From Synechococcus sp. (lineage in GTDB: Bacteria; Cyanobacteriota; Cyanobacteriia; Thermostichales; PCC-7336), in NCBI GenBank assembly GCA_051439425.1, contig JBFRWD010000001.1, positions 1-14,682 of the forward strand: DNA of 14,682 bases, written 5' to 3'. The translations under genes and the position numbers were made by a program. The notes beneath the pieces were generated by a model. That model was not told the origin of the DNA. It made no database searches and saw only the letters and a program-made list of their open reading frames with translations. Below are positions 1 to 9,569 of the stretch, in pieces. The stretch's first letter is position 1; each line of letters begins with the position of its first letter.

Positions 1-1
1 G

Positions 2-220
2 CTGATTGCCAATGTAACGCTATTCCGCGATGGAGCGGGCATGCACTGGCGCACCGACGGCACGACATCTGGCGATCCGGGGACGGCGATCGCGACTGTC
101 GGCAATTTGCTTGGGGAGTCAATGGCCGTCAGTATGCTGCGCGATCTCAAACAGACATATTGCGAAAAGCTCGGATTCTTTGAGTTCAAAGGCATTACCG
201 GAGATCCGATTCGGATTTAG
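2..220 (+). CDS. Vanadium-dependent haloperoxidase, C-terminal 72 aa (5' part outside the window)
   Basis: Manual translation of frame +2: LIANVTLFRDGAGMHWRTDGTTSGDPGTAIATVGNLLGESMAVSMLRDLKQTYCEKLGFFEFKGITGDPIRI*, with TAG at 218-220. It has the R-x5-H-[WY]-x2-D vanadate-binding motif (R 26-28, H 44-46) and the LLGE...TYxE...FxF...GxxIxI* tail typical of algal/cyanobacterial V-bromoperoxidases. Confidence 0.85.
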   Translation: MIANVTLFRDGAGMHWRTDGTTSGDPGTAIATVGNLLGESMAVSMLRDLKQTYCEKLGFFEFKGITGDPIRI

Positions 221-350
221 GAGTAATCCTGCACGGATTGCAAAAAGCTATCGCTGAAATGTCCGCAATGGTAGACGTCAGTTCGACGGAGCCATTTGAG
301 CGGGATAATTGCCTCACAGCACAACGAAACGAATAGGGTTGAAACCTCTT

Positions 351-392
351 GCTCCCCTCTTCCAATGTGGGAGAAGGGTAGGGGATGAGGGG
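351..392 (+). repeat. boxC/REP-like short palindromic dispersed repeat
   Basis: GCTCCCCTCTTCCA-ATG-TGGGAGAAGGGTAGGGGATGAGGGG: an imperfect hairpin (354-378) followed by a purine-rich tail. It resembles the widespread CCCCTCTCCC..GGGAGAGGGG..GGGGTGAGGG intergenic elements and lies between converging genes. Only one copy is visible here. Confidence 0.65.
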
Positions 393-491
393 TAACGAAC
401 TCAGATTGGTAAGGCCACGGGTATAGACACCAACCGCAAAGATCCAGATCGATCTCTACAATCGGTATTAGTGGACGAGCTGAACGTCTCT

Positions 492-3116
492 TTATGCGGT
501 CACGACTTCTGCAGGCATGGTTTTAAACGCCAGATGACCGTCACTGTCGGTATCCACAAACACCGTTGAGCCATCCACGTAGTCACCCCGCAAGATCCCT
601 TTAGCAATCTGGTTTTCTAGCTCCCGCTGAATGGCTCGCTTGAGAGGACGCGCGCCGTAGGCGGGATCGTAGCCTACCGTCACGATCGCATCGATGGCAT
701 CATCGGTAACCTTAAGCGCCAGCTTGCGCTCCTCCAACCGTCGAGCCAGCGCTGCCACCTGCAATTGCACGATGCCGCGCAGTTGCTCCCGCACCAAGCT
801 GTGGAAAATAATGATGTCGTCAATCCGGTTGAGGAATTCAGGCCGGAAATTCTCCCGCATGGCAGCCATGACCAACGTACGCATCTCTTCGTACTTACTG
901 TCATCTCCTGCTACATCCAAAATCACCTGCGAGCCAATATTACTGGTCATGATGATGATGGAATTTTTGAAGTCCACCGTGCGCCCCTGCGAGTCCGTAA
1001 CACGGCCATCATCCAAAATCTGCAACATGACGTTGAAGACATCGGGGTGGGCCTTCTCGATTTCGTCAAACAGAATCACAGAATAGGGACGGCGGCGAAC
1101 CACTTCTGTCAGTTGACCGCCTTCGTCGTATCCCACATAGCCAGGAGGGGCACCAATTAACCGGGAAACTGCGTGCTTCTCCATATATTCCGACATATCG
1201 ATGCGCACCATCGCTTCTTCGGTATCGAAAAGAAAGGCTGCCAGCGCTTTGGCCAATTCGGTTTTACCCACCCCGGTGGGGCCGAGGAAAATAAAGCTGG
1301 CGATCGGTCGATTGGGATCGGATAGACCGGCTCGCGATCGCTGAATGGCCTCCGACACAGCCGTCACCGCTTCAGACTGGCCAATCACTCGCTCGTGCAA
1401 CACATCTTCCAAGTGCAACAGCTTCTCTTTCTCCGATTCCACTAGCTTGCTAACCGGAATGCCCGTCCATTTCGAAATAATTTCTGCAATGTCAGCCTCG
1501 GACACCTCCTCCCGCAGCAAACTACGACCGCTGGTTTGAGACTCCGTCAAATCTGCTTCAACGGCTTCTAACTGTTGCTGTAATTCAGCGAGTTTGCCGT
1601 ATTTCAACTCGGCAGCTTTATTCAGATCGTAATTGCGTTCCGCCTGCTGAATTTCGACATTCACGCGATCAATCTCTTCCTTCACCGATTGAATTCCATC
1701 CAGAATCTCTTTCTCGGATTGCCATTGAGCATTCAATGTGGACTGATCTTCTTTCAGATCGGCTAGTTCTTTCTCCAAGCGCTCCAATCGCTCGCGGGAA
1801 GCAGGATCGACCTCCTTCTCCAAAGACAATCGCTCCATCTCTAACTGCAGGATCTTGCGATCGATTTCGTCCAGCTCTTCCGGCTTGGAGGTAATCTCCA
1901 TCTTCAAGCGAGCCGCAGACTCGTCTACCAGGTCGATCGCTTTATCCGGTAAGAAGCGATCGCTGATATATCGATTCGAGAGCGTTGCTGCGGCCACCAG
2001 TGCCGAGTCCGAGATCTGTACCCCGTGGTGCACCTCATAGCGCTCTTTCAATCCACGCAAAATTGAGATGCTGTCCTCCACAGACGGCTGGTCAACATAG
2101 ACCTGCTGGAAGCGTCGCTCTAACGCAGCGTCTTTTTCCAAATGCTGGCGATATTCGTCGAGGGTGGTCGCCCCGATACAGCGCAATTCCCCTCGAGCCA
2201 GCATGGGCTTGAGTAAGTTACCTGCATCCATTGCCCCCTGCGAGGCTCCTGCACCTACCATCGTATGAATTTCGTCGATAAATAAGATGACGCGACCGTC
2301 GGAACTGGTGACCTCTTTCAAGACGGCTTTCAAGCGCTCTTCAAATTCGCCGCGATATTTGGCACCGGCAATGAGAGCCCCGAGGTCGAGGGAGATGAGA
2401 ACGCGATCGCGCAGCGAGTCCGGCACATCACCGCTCACAATTCGTTGGGCCAATCCTTCGGCGATCGCCGTTTTACCCACCCCAGGTTCGCCAATTAGCA
2501 CCGGATTATTCTTGGTGCGACGAGACAAAATTTGGATGGTGCGGCGAATTTCATCATCCCGACCAATCACCGGATCGAGCTTACCGTTTCTGGCTAGCTG
2601 AGTCAGATCGCGACCAAATTTCTCCAGGGCTTCGTATTTCCCTTCCGGGTTTTGATCGGTGACTTTGTGATTGCCCCGAATACCATCAACAATCTCTTTC
2701 AACCGCTTCTCATCTAAATTCCCTTCTGCTAGCAAGGGTCGACCAAACCGATCGTCCTTGGCGAATCCCAATACCAGATGCTCGATGGAAATGTAGTCAT
2801 CGCCGTAGTCTTTGCGATATGCTTCCGCCCGATCGAGTAAGGAATCGAGACTGCGCCCCAAATACACCGAGCCGCCTCCACCAGACACCTTGGGCTGGCG
2901 ACTGATAAAACCATCGGCGCGATCGCGTAACTTATCAATATTGGCTCCAGCCTTCTGGAAGATAGTCGCCGCCAGCCCACTGTTGTCATCCAGCAGTGCC
3001 CGGAACAAGTGTTCGGAATGAATTTGCTGGTGCTGTGCAGCTTTGGCAACATCTGGCGTGCGGACAATGGCAGACCAGGCTTTCTCTGTGAACTTGTTAG
3101 GATCGGTTGGTTGCAT
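492..3116 (-). CDS. clpB: ATP-dependent disaggregase ClpB (Hsp100), 874 aa, ClpB1-like
   Basis: Cyanobacterial N-terminus [14 protein letters not shown] (ATG at 3116, not the ORF-track start at 3236). Two AAA+ modules ([15 protein letters not shown] and [17 protein letters not shown]), a coiled-coil M domain, the GYVG pore loop and GARPLKR sensor 2. Confidence 0.98.
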   Translation of the reverse strand: MQPTDPNKFTEKAWSAIVRTPDVAKAAQHQQIHSEHLFRALLDDNSGLAATIFQKAGANIDKLRDRADGFISRQPKVSGGGGSVYLGRSLDSLLDRAEAYRKDYGDDYISIEHLVLGFAKDDRFGRPLLAEGNLDEKRLKEIVDGIRGNHKVTDQNPEGKYEALEKFGRDLTQLARNGKLDPVIGRDDEIRRTIQILSRRTKNNPVLIGEPGVGKTAIAEGLAQRIVSGDVPDSLRDRVLISLDLGALIAGAKYRGEFEERLKAVLKEVTSSDGRVILFIDEIHTMVGAGASQGAMDAGNLLKPMLARGELRCIGATTLDEYRQHLEKDAALERRFQQVYVDQPSVEDSISILRGLKERYEVHHGVQISDSALVAAATLSNRYISDRFLPDKAIDLVDESAARLKMEITSKPEELDEIDRKILQLEMERLSLEKEVDPASRERLERLEKELADLKEDQSTLNAQWQSEKEILDGIQSVKEEIDRVNVEIQQAERNYDLNKAAELKYGKLAELQQQLEAVEADLTESQTSGRSLLREEVSEADIAEIISKWTGIPVSKLVESEKEKLLHLEDVLHERVIGQSEAVTAVSEAIQRSRAGLSDPNRPIASFIFLGPTGVGKTELAKALAAFLFDTEEAMVRIDMSEYMEKHAVSRLIGAPPGYVGYDEGGQLTEVVRRRPYSVILFDEIEKAHPDVFNVMLQILDDGRVTDSQGRTVDFKNSIIIMTSNIGSQVILDVAGDDSKYEEMRTLVMAAMRENFRPEFLNRIDDIIIFHSLVREQLRGIVQLQVAALARRLEERKLALKVTDDAIDAIVTVGYDPAYGARPLKRAIQRELENQIAKGILRGDYVDGSTVFVDTDSDGHLAFKTMPAEVVTA

Positions 3117-3917
3117 CGGCGCGTTCTGTCGGGTGAGCGTGATGGTGAAGAGGTGGCTCTGTAGCCCTATTTTATGCAGCGGTAGCACTCGCGCGAGGAT
3201 CGGTCTGCGCCGTCCAAGCGATACGTATTGCCGCACCTCAAACGAAACTCCGGCGAAACAAACCGCTTGAGCATCCCAATTCGTCTATTTCATTACAGTC
3301 ATTCTTTTTCCTATGGCACCTGCTTATGTTCGCGCCCTCTTGACTGCCGAACCCTCGCAAATTCCATCCTCTATACATCGCGCTCTTTACAAATCTTTAC
3401 GACAGACAGTCCTCAATCCAGAACTGCCGATCGTGAAGAGCGGTAATCCAACCAATCCACTCCAAACAAAGGCAGTCTAAGGCCATTAGCCCCAACGCCA
3501 ATGAACAGCCACCGACGAATTATTACCATTAACAGCAAGAAAGATCTTGTTGAGTAAAAAGAAACACTTTGCTCTGTCGCTTTGGTAAGACCAAGTTCAT
3601 CGAAACTCGGTACTTCAATTCTTGACGGATCTTTTTCTCGTAAAGAAGTCGGTAACATCACCTTACCTGGTAACTAATATTCGCGATGCGTCTCTCTTGG
3701 AGATCGAGAACCGCAAAAAAAAGTCATTGTTTTTCTGGAAAACCACAAAAATTAATATACAGAAAAAATACCTTTCTGTAGCAAATTAACTTCTCGTGTG
3801 TCGGTAAATTTGGATGTGCAGTTTATAAAATGGCTGCTTTAATCGGTAATACTTAACGTTATTTTTGGCATACTGCTTGATATTGCGACAATACTTTCCG
3901 TGCTGGTGACTCCATTC

Positions 3918-3922
3918 AGGAG
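3918..3922 (+). promoter_or_regulatory. Shine-Dalgarno-like AGGAG
   Basis: AGGAG lies 9 nt before the TTG at 3932, downstream of an AT-rich, promoter-like stretch (about 3710-3900). Confidence 0.5.
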
Positions 3923-3931
3923 ATTTAGCTG

Positions 3932-6109
3932 TTGTCCCTTTTCCTGTCTATGGATGAGTCAACGATACAGTCCCTCCCAATTCGTAATGCGCTAGACAAG
4001 CTCTGTCAGTCTTTCGATTGTATTTGCGGGGAACTTTGGTACCCGAACACAGAGAAATTAGTTTTAGTTCGGGTATCTAGTTGGACTCATGTCAATTGCC
4101 CGGTTCCTGCCATCCGAAACCTGTCCCGCGCCGCAGAGTTAGCGGTTGGCCAGGGAAGTGCCGGTAATGCCTGGAGTTCCAGAGAACCTCAATTCCTTAG
4201 CTTGCTCGATACGTCAAGCAAAGAAATAGCCACGCTAAGCTCGATTGCGATCGCGGCGGGGGCAATCACCGAACTCAGCATTCCAGTTATCCGAGACGAT
4301 CGGGTATTAGCGGTTAGTACTTATTATTACGATCGCCCTCCACAACCACACCAGGTCGCCAGCCTTGTGTCTGAAACGATCCTGTCTGTGACGCGACTAT
4401 TGGTGCCTAATGCCGACCATTGTCCCCAGACAACGTACTCTCAAGCTTTGTTCGATAGCTTGATGGGTTTGTATTGTCTAACGGCTAACGGTCAGTACGT
4501 GAGTGCCAATACCAGCCTGGCCCGCATTTACGGCTACGAGACTGCAGACCGGTTGATCGCCAGCATTCGAGATGTCGATCGCCAGCTATACGTTCAGCCT
4601 CAACGGCGGGCCGCGTTGTTAGAGGCAGTTGAAGAATCGGGATTGGTTCAAGGATTTGAATCGGAAGTCTACTGTCGCGATGGTTCCACCAAGTGGATTT
4701 CGGAGACGGCTCGTGCAATTCGCGATACGAATGGTCGCTTGATTGGCTGCGAAGGAGCTGTTGAGGACATCACCGCTCGCAAGCGCGATCGGGAAATGAT
4801 CGAGTTCATGGCTTATTACGATGTCCTGACAGGACTAGCCAACCGCATGCTGTTCCACGATCGCCTCACGCAGGCGATCTCCAACGCCCACCGCTCCCAT
4901 GACAAAATAGCCGTCCTGTTTATTGATGTCGATCGCTTCAAGACCATTAACGATTCCCTCGGTCATGGTGTTGGAGATTCCCTCCTGCAAGAGGTGACCG
5001 AACGATTAAAAAACAACCTCGGAGAAGGCGATACTCTGGCACGTTGGGGGGGAGACGAATTTGCTCTGCTGACCCCATTCACGCAAGCAGGGGATGCAGC
5101 GAAGCAAGCCCGCTCCCTCCTAGAGAGTTTGGAAAAGCAAATGGTGTGTGGCGGCGGACAACCTCTACACGTAACTGCCAGCATCGGGATTGCCCTCTAC
5201 CCTACCGACGGGGACAACGCTCAATCGTTGATGCAAAATGCTGGTACTGCTCTGCACCGCGCCAAAGATTTGGGGCGCAATACCTATCAGTTCTACAACG
5301 CAGCCATGAATGCCCAGGCAACTACGCGGTTGTCGCTGGAAAACGATTTAAGGCTGGCGCTGCAACGGGAGCAGATGCAGCTGTACTACCAGCCCCAGAT
5401 CGACACCCAAACGGGGCAAGTGCTGGGATTTGAAGCCTTGCTGCGATGGAATCATCCTAAGTTAGGTCTATTGCTGCCTAATCGATTCATTCCCATTGCA
5501 GAAGAGAGCGGTCTAATTACCGTCATGACCGATTGGATCCTCACAGCGGCCTGCAAGCAGATGCGCCGTTGGCATCAGATGGGATTTACCTGGCTGCATG
5601 TGGCCGTGAATTTATCGGCCAGAGAATTTCAGCAACCCCAATTGATCTCCCTGGTAGCGCAAGTTCTGGAAAAAACCGGCCTTCCCCCCAATGCTCTTGA
5701 ACTCGAAATTACCGAGAGCGTGGCCATGCAAGATGCCAGCCGCACCATCCGGATTCTGTCCGAGCTGAGAAAGATGGGCGTGCTAATTTCAATCGATGAT
5801 TTCGGAACCGGATACTCCTCAATTAGCTATTTACGACAGTTTCCCTGCGATACTCTCAAAATCGATCGGTCATTTATCGCCGACTTGGGAACCAGTGACA
5901 GTGCCGATCTGATCGGGCGTTCAGTAATCAACCTAGGACAAGGGCTCAACCTCAAAGTTGTAGCGGAGGGGGTTGAGACACCCAAACAGCTAGAATTTCT
6001 TAAGCAAGCCAATTGCGACTCCGTTCAAGGATTCTGGTTTAGTCGACCCACTTCTGCCTCAGTCGCAGAGATTAATTTGATACAAGAAAACGAAAAATAT
6101 CGTGTATGA
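3932..6109 (+). CDS. GAF-PAS/PAC-GGDEF-EAL diguanylate cyclase/phosphodiesterase
   Basis: GAF-like N-terminus ([19 protein letters not shown]), PAS/PAC ([26 protein letters not shown]), [14 protein letters not shown] (5048-5062), [19 protein letters not shown] and QGF. Start is TTG 3932 (with RBS) or ATG 3950. Confidence 0.95.
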   Translation: MSLFLSMDESTIQSLPIRNALDKLCQSFDCICGELWYPNTEKLVLVRVSSWTHVNCPVPAIRNLSRAAELAVGQGSAGNAWSSREPQFLSLLDTSSKEIATLSSIAIAAGAITELSIPVIRDDRVLAVSTYYYDRPPQPHQVASLVSETILSVTRLLVPNADHCPQTTYSQALFDSLMGLYCLTANGQYVSANTSLARIYGYETADRLIASIRDVDRQLYVQPQRRAALLEAVEESGLVQGFESEVYCRDGSTKWISETARAIRDTNGRLIGCEGAVEDITARKRDREMIEFMAYYDVLTGLANRMLFHDRLTQAISNAHRSHDKIAVLFIDVDRFKTINDSLGHGVGDSLLQEVTERLKNNLGEGDTLARWGGDEFALLTPFTQAGDAAKQARSLLESLEKQMVCGGGQPLHVTASIGIALYPTDGDNAQSLMQNAGTALHRAKDLGRNTYQFYNAAMNAQATTRLSLENDLRLALQREQMQLYYQPQIDTQTGQVLGFEALLRWNHPKLGLLLPNRFIPIAEESGLITVMTDWILTAACKQMRRWHQMGFTWLHVAVNLSAREFQQPQLISLVAQVLEKTGLPPNALELEITESVAMQDASRTIRILSELRKMGVLISIDDFGTGYSSISYLRQFPCDTLKIDRSFIADLGTSDSADLIGRSVINLGQGLNLKVVAEGVETPKQLEFLKQANCDSVQGFWFSRPTSASVAEINLIQENEKYRV

Positions 6110-6200
6110 ATTAAATTTTTTACACGTCATATCCGTATATTTTCCTATTTTCTGTTAATATGGTACGGCTTATCGGTGTCGTATTAGTATTTTCTCGCGC

Positions 6201-8495
6201 ATGGCAGGTACATCGCCTAGTTCTGACAATTCGGAAGAGCGTTCGGCTTCAGTTGAGCAAGAGCCCGGAGCTGTGCCCGCACCATTCGCCTCCAAGCCCG
6301 AGTTAGAGCCGGTGGCAGCTGCGGCATTAGAATTTGTCGCCTTATTCCGCTTCAACCCGGATGCGTTCATTGTAACTACGGTTACAGACCGCACGTTTTT
6401 AGCTGTCAATCCAGGATTTATCCACCTGACTGGATACTCCCAGGACGAAGTGATGGGAAAAACCATGTCAGAGCTAGGGCTGTGGGTGGATAGTATGGCC
6501 CATGCCCACTGCATTCGTGATTTGAATTTAGGCCAACCCAAGTGCCACCAGCTGGACTATTTGACGGCAAATCGCGTGCGTCAGATGGGCTTAGTGTCTG
6601 TCGAAATTATTACGGTTGCGGACTATCCTGTCTTGCTAACGATCGTGCGGGATGTCAATCAATACCAGCAGGAACTGAGCGACCTCCGCACCCGCAGTCA
6701 ACAGCTGCAAGCATTCACGGAGATTGCCACGATTGCCTTACAAGCATCCTCCCTACCCATAGCCCTGCGCGCAATGCTGAAGCAAGTGAGGAAGGTGACG
6801 GGATTCAACTTCTTGGTGATGGAGTCTTACGACGCTGAGCAACGCATGGTGCGATTTCTAGCTGCCGAAGGCTTGGTGTTCTCCGACGATAGTGTGGTTG
6901 AATTTCCCGAGGAATCGACATTATCGGGAGAGGTGGCTCGCACTCGCCAACCCATTATTCGCCAAGGAGAACAAGCAACGTCAGCGGGCGAAATTCCGTT
7001 GCTGGCCAATCTCCCTTCCCCCAAAAGCGTGACTTGCTTACCCCTGGTTGGTCGCAGGGGCCTGTATGGAACGCTTACTCTCGCTCATCCTCGGGTGATT
7101 TCTATTAAGCCAGGAATGCTCGAATGGTTGCAGGAACTGTGCAACTATATGGCCACATTTGCACAGCGATCTCAGCAGGAGGAGCAACTGCGATACACTG
7201 CGTTTCACGATCCTCTGACCGGTCTACCCAATCGCACGCTCTTTGAAGATCGAGTTGGACGAGCATTTGCTCGGGGGCGGCGCGACCCCAGTTCGACGTT
7301 TGCGGTGTTGTTTCTAGATCTAGATGATTTCAAGCGCGTTAACGATGAGCTTGGGCATAATTCGGGGGATCGCTTGCTCGCCGAGCTGGCCCAACGATTT
7401 GAGATGGGATTGAGGCCGGGCGACACCGTCTCGCGCATGGGAGGGGATGAGTTTACGTTTTTGCTGGATGGTATTCAGCAGGTGACTGATGTCAGTCGAA
7501 TTACCGAACGAATCCTCAGTCAAATTGCCCAACCTTTTGTGGTGCATGGTCACGAGGTTGCCATCGGTGCCAGTATCGGGATCGCGATTGCGTCGGATAG
7601 CTACGAGACCGTCCAGGAACTAATCCGAGACGCGGATGCCGCCATGTATCGTGCTAAGGCAAGTGGTAAAAACTGTTATGCCGTATTTGATGCGTCAATG
7701 CATCAAAGTGCTCAAGCTCAACTACAGTTGGAAGCTGAGTTACGTCAGGCGATCGCCAATCATCAACTGAGAGTTCTCTATCAACCCATTGTGTCCCTCA
7801 AGTCCGGTCGGATCGAAGGGTTGGAAGCATTGGTTCGCTGGCAGCATCCTCAGAGGGGCCTGCTAACGCCGTCAGATTTTTTGCAGGTGGCGGAAGACAC
7901 CGAGTTGGTTGAGGAGATCGATCGGTGGATGTTGGATGAGGTTTGCCTGCAAATGCAGGATTGGCAACAACTCTCGGAAGACTTAGTCCCGCCAACCGCG
8001 ATTAATTTTTCGGCTCGCAAACTACAAAACCCCCGTTTGGCTACCCACATTGGTCGCATTCTTAGCGATCTGGCCCTAGGGCCCGAACACCTTCAGTTGG
8101 AATTTGCCGAGAGTGCTCTTTCTCAGCTGTCGGAGGCAACGACTGCCACCTTGCAGCGACTACAACAAATTGGCATCAAGGCTGCAATCGACGACTTTGG
8201 CACTGGCTTTCTCCCCATCAGCAAGCTGTACGGTTTTCCGGTCGATCGCATCAAAATCGATGGGTCTTTTGTCAAAGAAATCGAACAGGGGGGGCAAAAT
8301 CTATCAATTGTCAGGACGTTGGCAACACTTGCGAGACAACTCGGCCTATCGGTCACAGCAGAAGGGGTGGAGACTGCCGGACAGCTTTCCTTACTGAGAG
8401 CGGTGGGATGCGAATCCGGCCAAGGATTTTTCTTCTCCGAGCCCCTTGAAGGTGAAACTGTGTGGGGACTGATTACATCTCATCCTCGTTGGTAG
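6201..8495 (+). CDS. PAS-GAF-GGDEF-EAL diguanylate cyclase/phosphodiesterase
   Basis: PAS (VNPGFIHLTGYSQDEVMGKT), GAF (LSGEVARTRQP..TCLPL..YGTLTL), DPLTGLPNR, RPGD I-site, GGDEF (7440-7454), EALVRW, DDFGTGFLP, EGVE and QGF. Confidence 0.95.
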   Translation: MAGTSPSSDNSEERSASVEQEPGAVPAPFASKPELEPVAAAALEFVALFRFNPDAFIVTTVTDRTFLAVNPGFIHLTGYSQDEVMGKTMSELGLWVDSMAHAHCIRDLNLGQPKCHQLDYLTANRVRQMGLVSVEIITVADYPVLLTIVRDVNQYQQELSDLRTRSQQLQAFTEIATIALQASSLPIALRAMLKQVRKVTGFNFLVMESYDAEQRMVRFLAAEGLVFSDDSVVEFPEESTLSGEVARTRQPIIRQGEQATSAGEIPLLANLPSPKSVTCLPLVGRRGLYGTLTLAHPRVISIKPGMLEWLQELCNYMATFAQRSQQEEQLRYTAFHDPLTGLPNRTLFEDRVGRAFARGRRDPSSTFAVLFLDLDDFKRVNDELGHNSGDRLLAELAQRFEMGLRPGDTVSRMGGDEFTFLLDGIQQVTDVSRITERILSQIAQPFVVHGHEVAIGASIGIAIASDSYETVQELIRDADAAMYRAKASGKNCYAVFDASMHQSAQAQLQLEAELRQAIANHQLRVLYQPIVSLKSGRIEGLEALVRWQHPQRGLLTPSDFLQVAEDTELVEEIDRWMLDEVCLQMQDWQQLSEDLVPPTAINFSARKLQNPRLATHIGRILSDLALGPEHLQLEFAESALSQLSEATTATLQRLQQIGIKAAIDDFGTGFLPISKLYGFPVDRIKIDGSFVKEIEQGGQNLSIVRTLATLARQLGLSVTAEGVETAGQLSLLRAVGCESGQGFFFSEPLEGETVWGLITSHPRW

Positions 8496-8504
8496 TCAGT
8501 AGGT

Positions 8505-8526
8505 ATCAACTGGTGACCCAGTCGAT
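8505..8526 (-). terminator. Stem-loop between converging genes (possible terminator or 3' stabiliser)
   Basis: Minus strand reads ATCGACTGG-GTCA-CCAGTTGAT, a 9-bp stem with one G-U pair, immediately after the ccmP stop. There is no U-tract. Confidence 0.4.
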
Positions 8527-9165
8527 CTATTCCATCTGGCGATCCAAACGAACTCGTCCACCTTGGTTCTCAATGGCTGCAACCGTAGCCCGAGACGCTG
8601 CAACGATTTCTCGTTCGGGGCCACCCAAATACAGACGGCCAAAACTGCCCACAGCAGAAACTTGCAGGATATTGATAGATGCAGCCTTTTCCGCCTCATT
8701 GGCCGCCAACGCTGCATATGCCGCCGGAACAACTTCCAGGACATACAGCGATTGACCGGCCAGCAGCATATTGCCTCGGCGGGAACGGTTGACCAGTTGG
8801 GCGTGTTGGGGATCGATATTGCGGATAATTTGGCTGGAGATCAGCTGAGGTTTGATGCAATCTTGGCGACGCACCCCGAGAGTGTCCAAAATGGCCTGAC
8901 CGGCAACTCGCACTTCCGCCTGGCTGCTAGCATGAATTTCCAGCAATCCATAGAGGCGTTCTACCATTTGCACGCCTGGGCGAACAACGGCGGCTTTCAA
9001 AGCGACGTCAGTAATGCGATTAATTTCGATGCCGGGAGAGATCTCTACCCAAAGAGAGGTATCGCCAGGTAGGGGCAAAAAACCGACAGAAACCGTGCCC
9101 ATATAGGCTGCATGTTGTGGTTGTAGGCTGTCTATATATACGTAGCTGCGAAGTTCAATGCCCAA
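8527..9165 (-). CDS. ccmP: Beta-carboxysome tandem-BMC shell protein CcmP
   Basis: [70 protein letters not shown], 212 aa, closely matches cyanobacterial CcmP. TTG start. Confidence 0.95.
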   Translation of the reverse strand: MGIELRSYVYIDSLQPQHAAYMGTVSVGFLPLPGDTSLWVEISPGIEINRITDVALKAAVVRPGVQMVERLYGLLEIHASSQAEVRVAGQAILDTLGVRRQDCIKPQLISSQIIRNIDPQHAQLVNRSRRGNMLLAGQSLYVLEVVPAAYAALAANEAEKAASINILQVSAVGSFGRLYLGGPEREIVAASRATVAAIENQGGRVRLDRQME

Positions 9166-9569
9166 GGTTGTGCCGGAGTGACGCCACCCGAGTGTACCGC
9201 GATGCCTGACTGTGCCGGTATTTGCTGTGGCTATCCGGGTGATTAATTGCCAATAAGCGACAAACCTTCCATCAGGGGTTCGTCAAGCGAATAGAGACTC
9301 AGCAATAATCAGCACTGTTTTTTCTTGGTGAAGTACTGAGGTGATGCTTTATGCCGCTGTTTTAAGACAGATCCCATCACGCCACCTCTCAAAGCGTAGA
9401 CTCATCGTTTCCCAATAGTCTGTGTGGAAGTTCACGATTGTAGTGTTCTCCCATGTCTGGTAGAAGCTATTAGACAAAATCAGTCCGAACTTCCCCCGCA
9501 GCCAGTTGGCTGAAATTCAGCCTAACCTTTGCAACGTTTAGCAAGAGGCATCTGTCATCCTGACTAAAA

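Noticed and set aside
30..257. 75-aa ORF from the track (MERACTG...)
   Set aside because: It is an alternative-frame shadow; frame +2 carries the recognisable haloperoxidase motifs.
3182..3208. CIRCE (HrcA) operator upstream of clpB
   Set aside because: GTAGCACTC matches one half-site at 8/9, but the partner after 9 nt (TCGGTCTGC) does not match GAGTGCTAA.
3117..3236. 40-aa N-terminal extension of ClpB
   Set aside because: The conserved cyanobacterial start MQPTDP is at 3116; the extension looks like open 5' UTR.
680..3270. Many short antisense or alternative-frame ORFs over clpB (similar ones overlap the other genes)
   Set aside because: They overlap well-supported genes and have no recognisable motifs, as expected for shadow ORFs.
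3652..3666. NtcA box
   Set aside because: Spacing is GTA-N9-TAC rather than GTA-N8-TAC.
3980..7170. Cyanobacteriochrome photosensor GAF domains in the two c-di-GMP proteins
   Set aside because: Neither GAF shows the DxCF/DxxL motif and CH bilin-attachment pattern in the expected positions.
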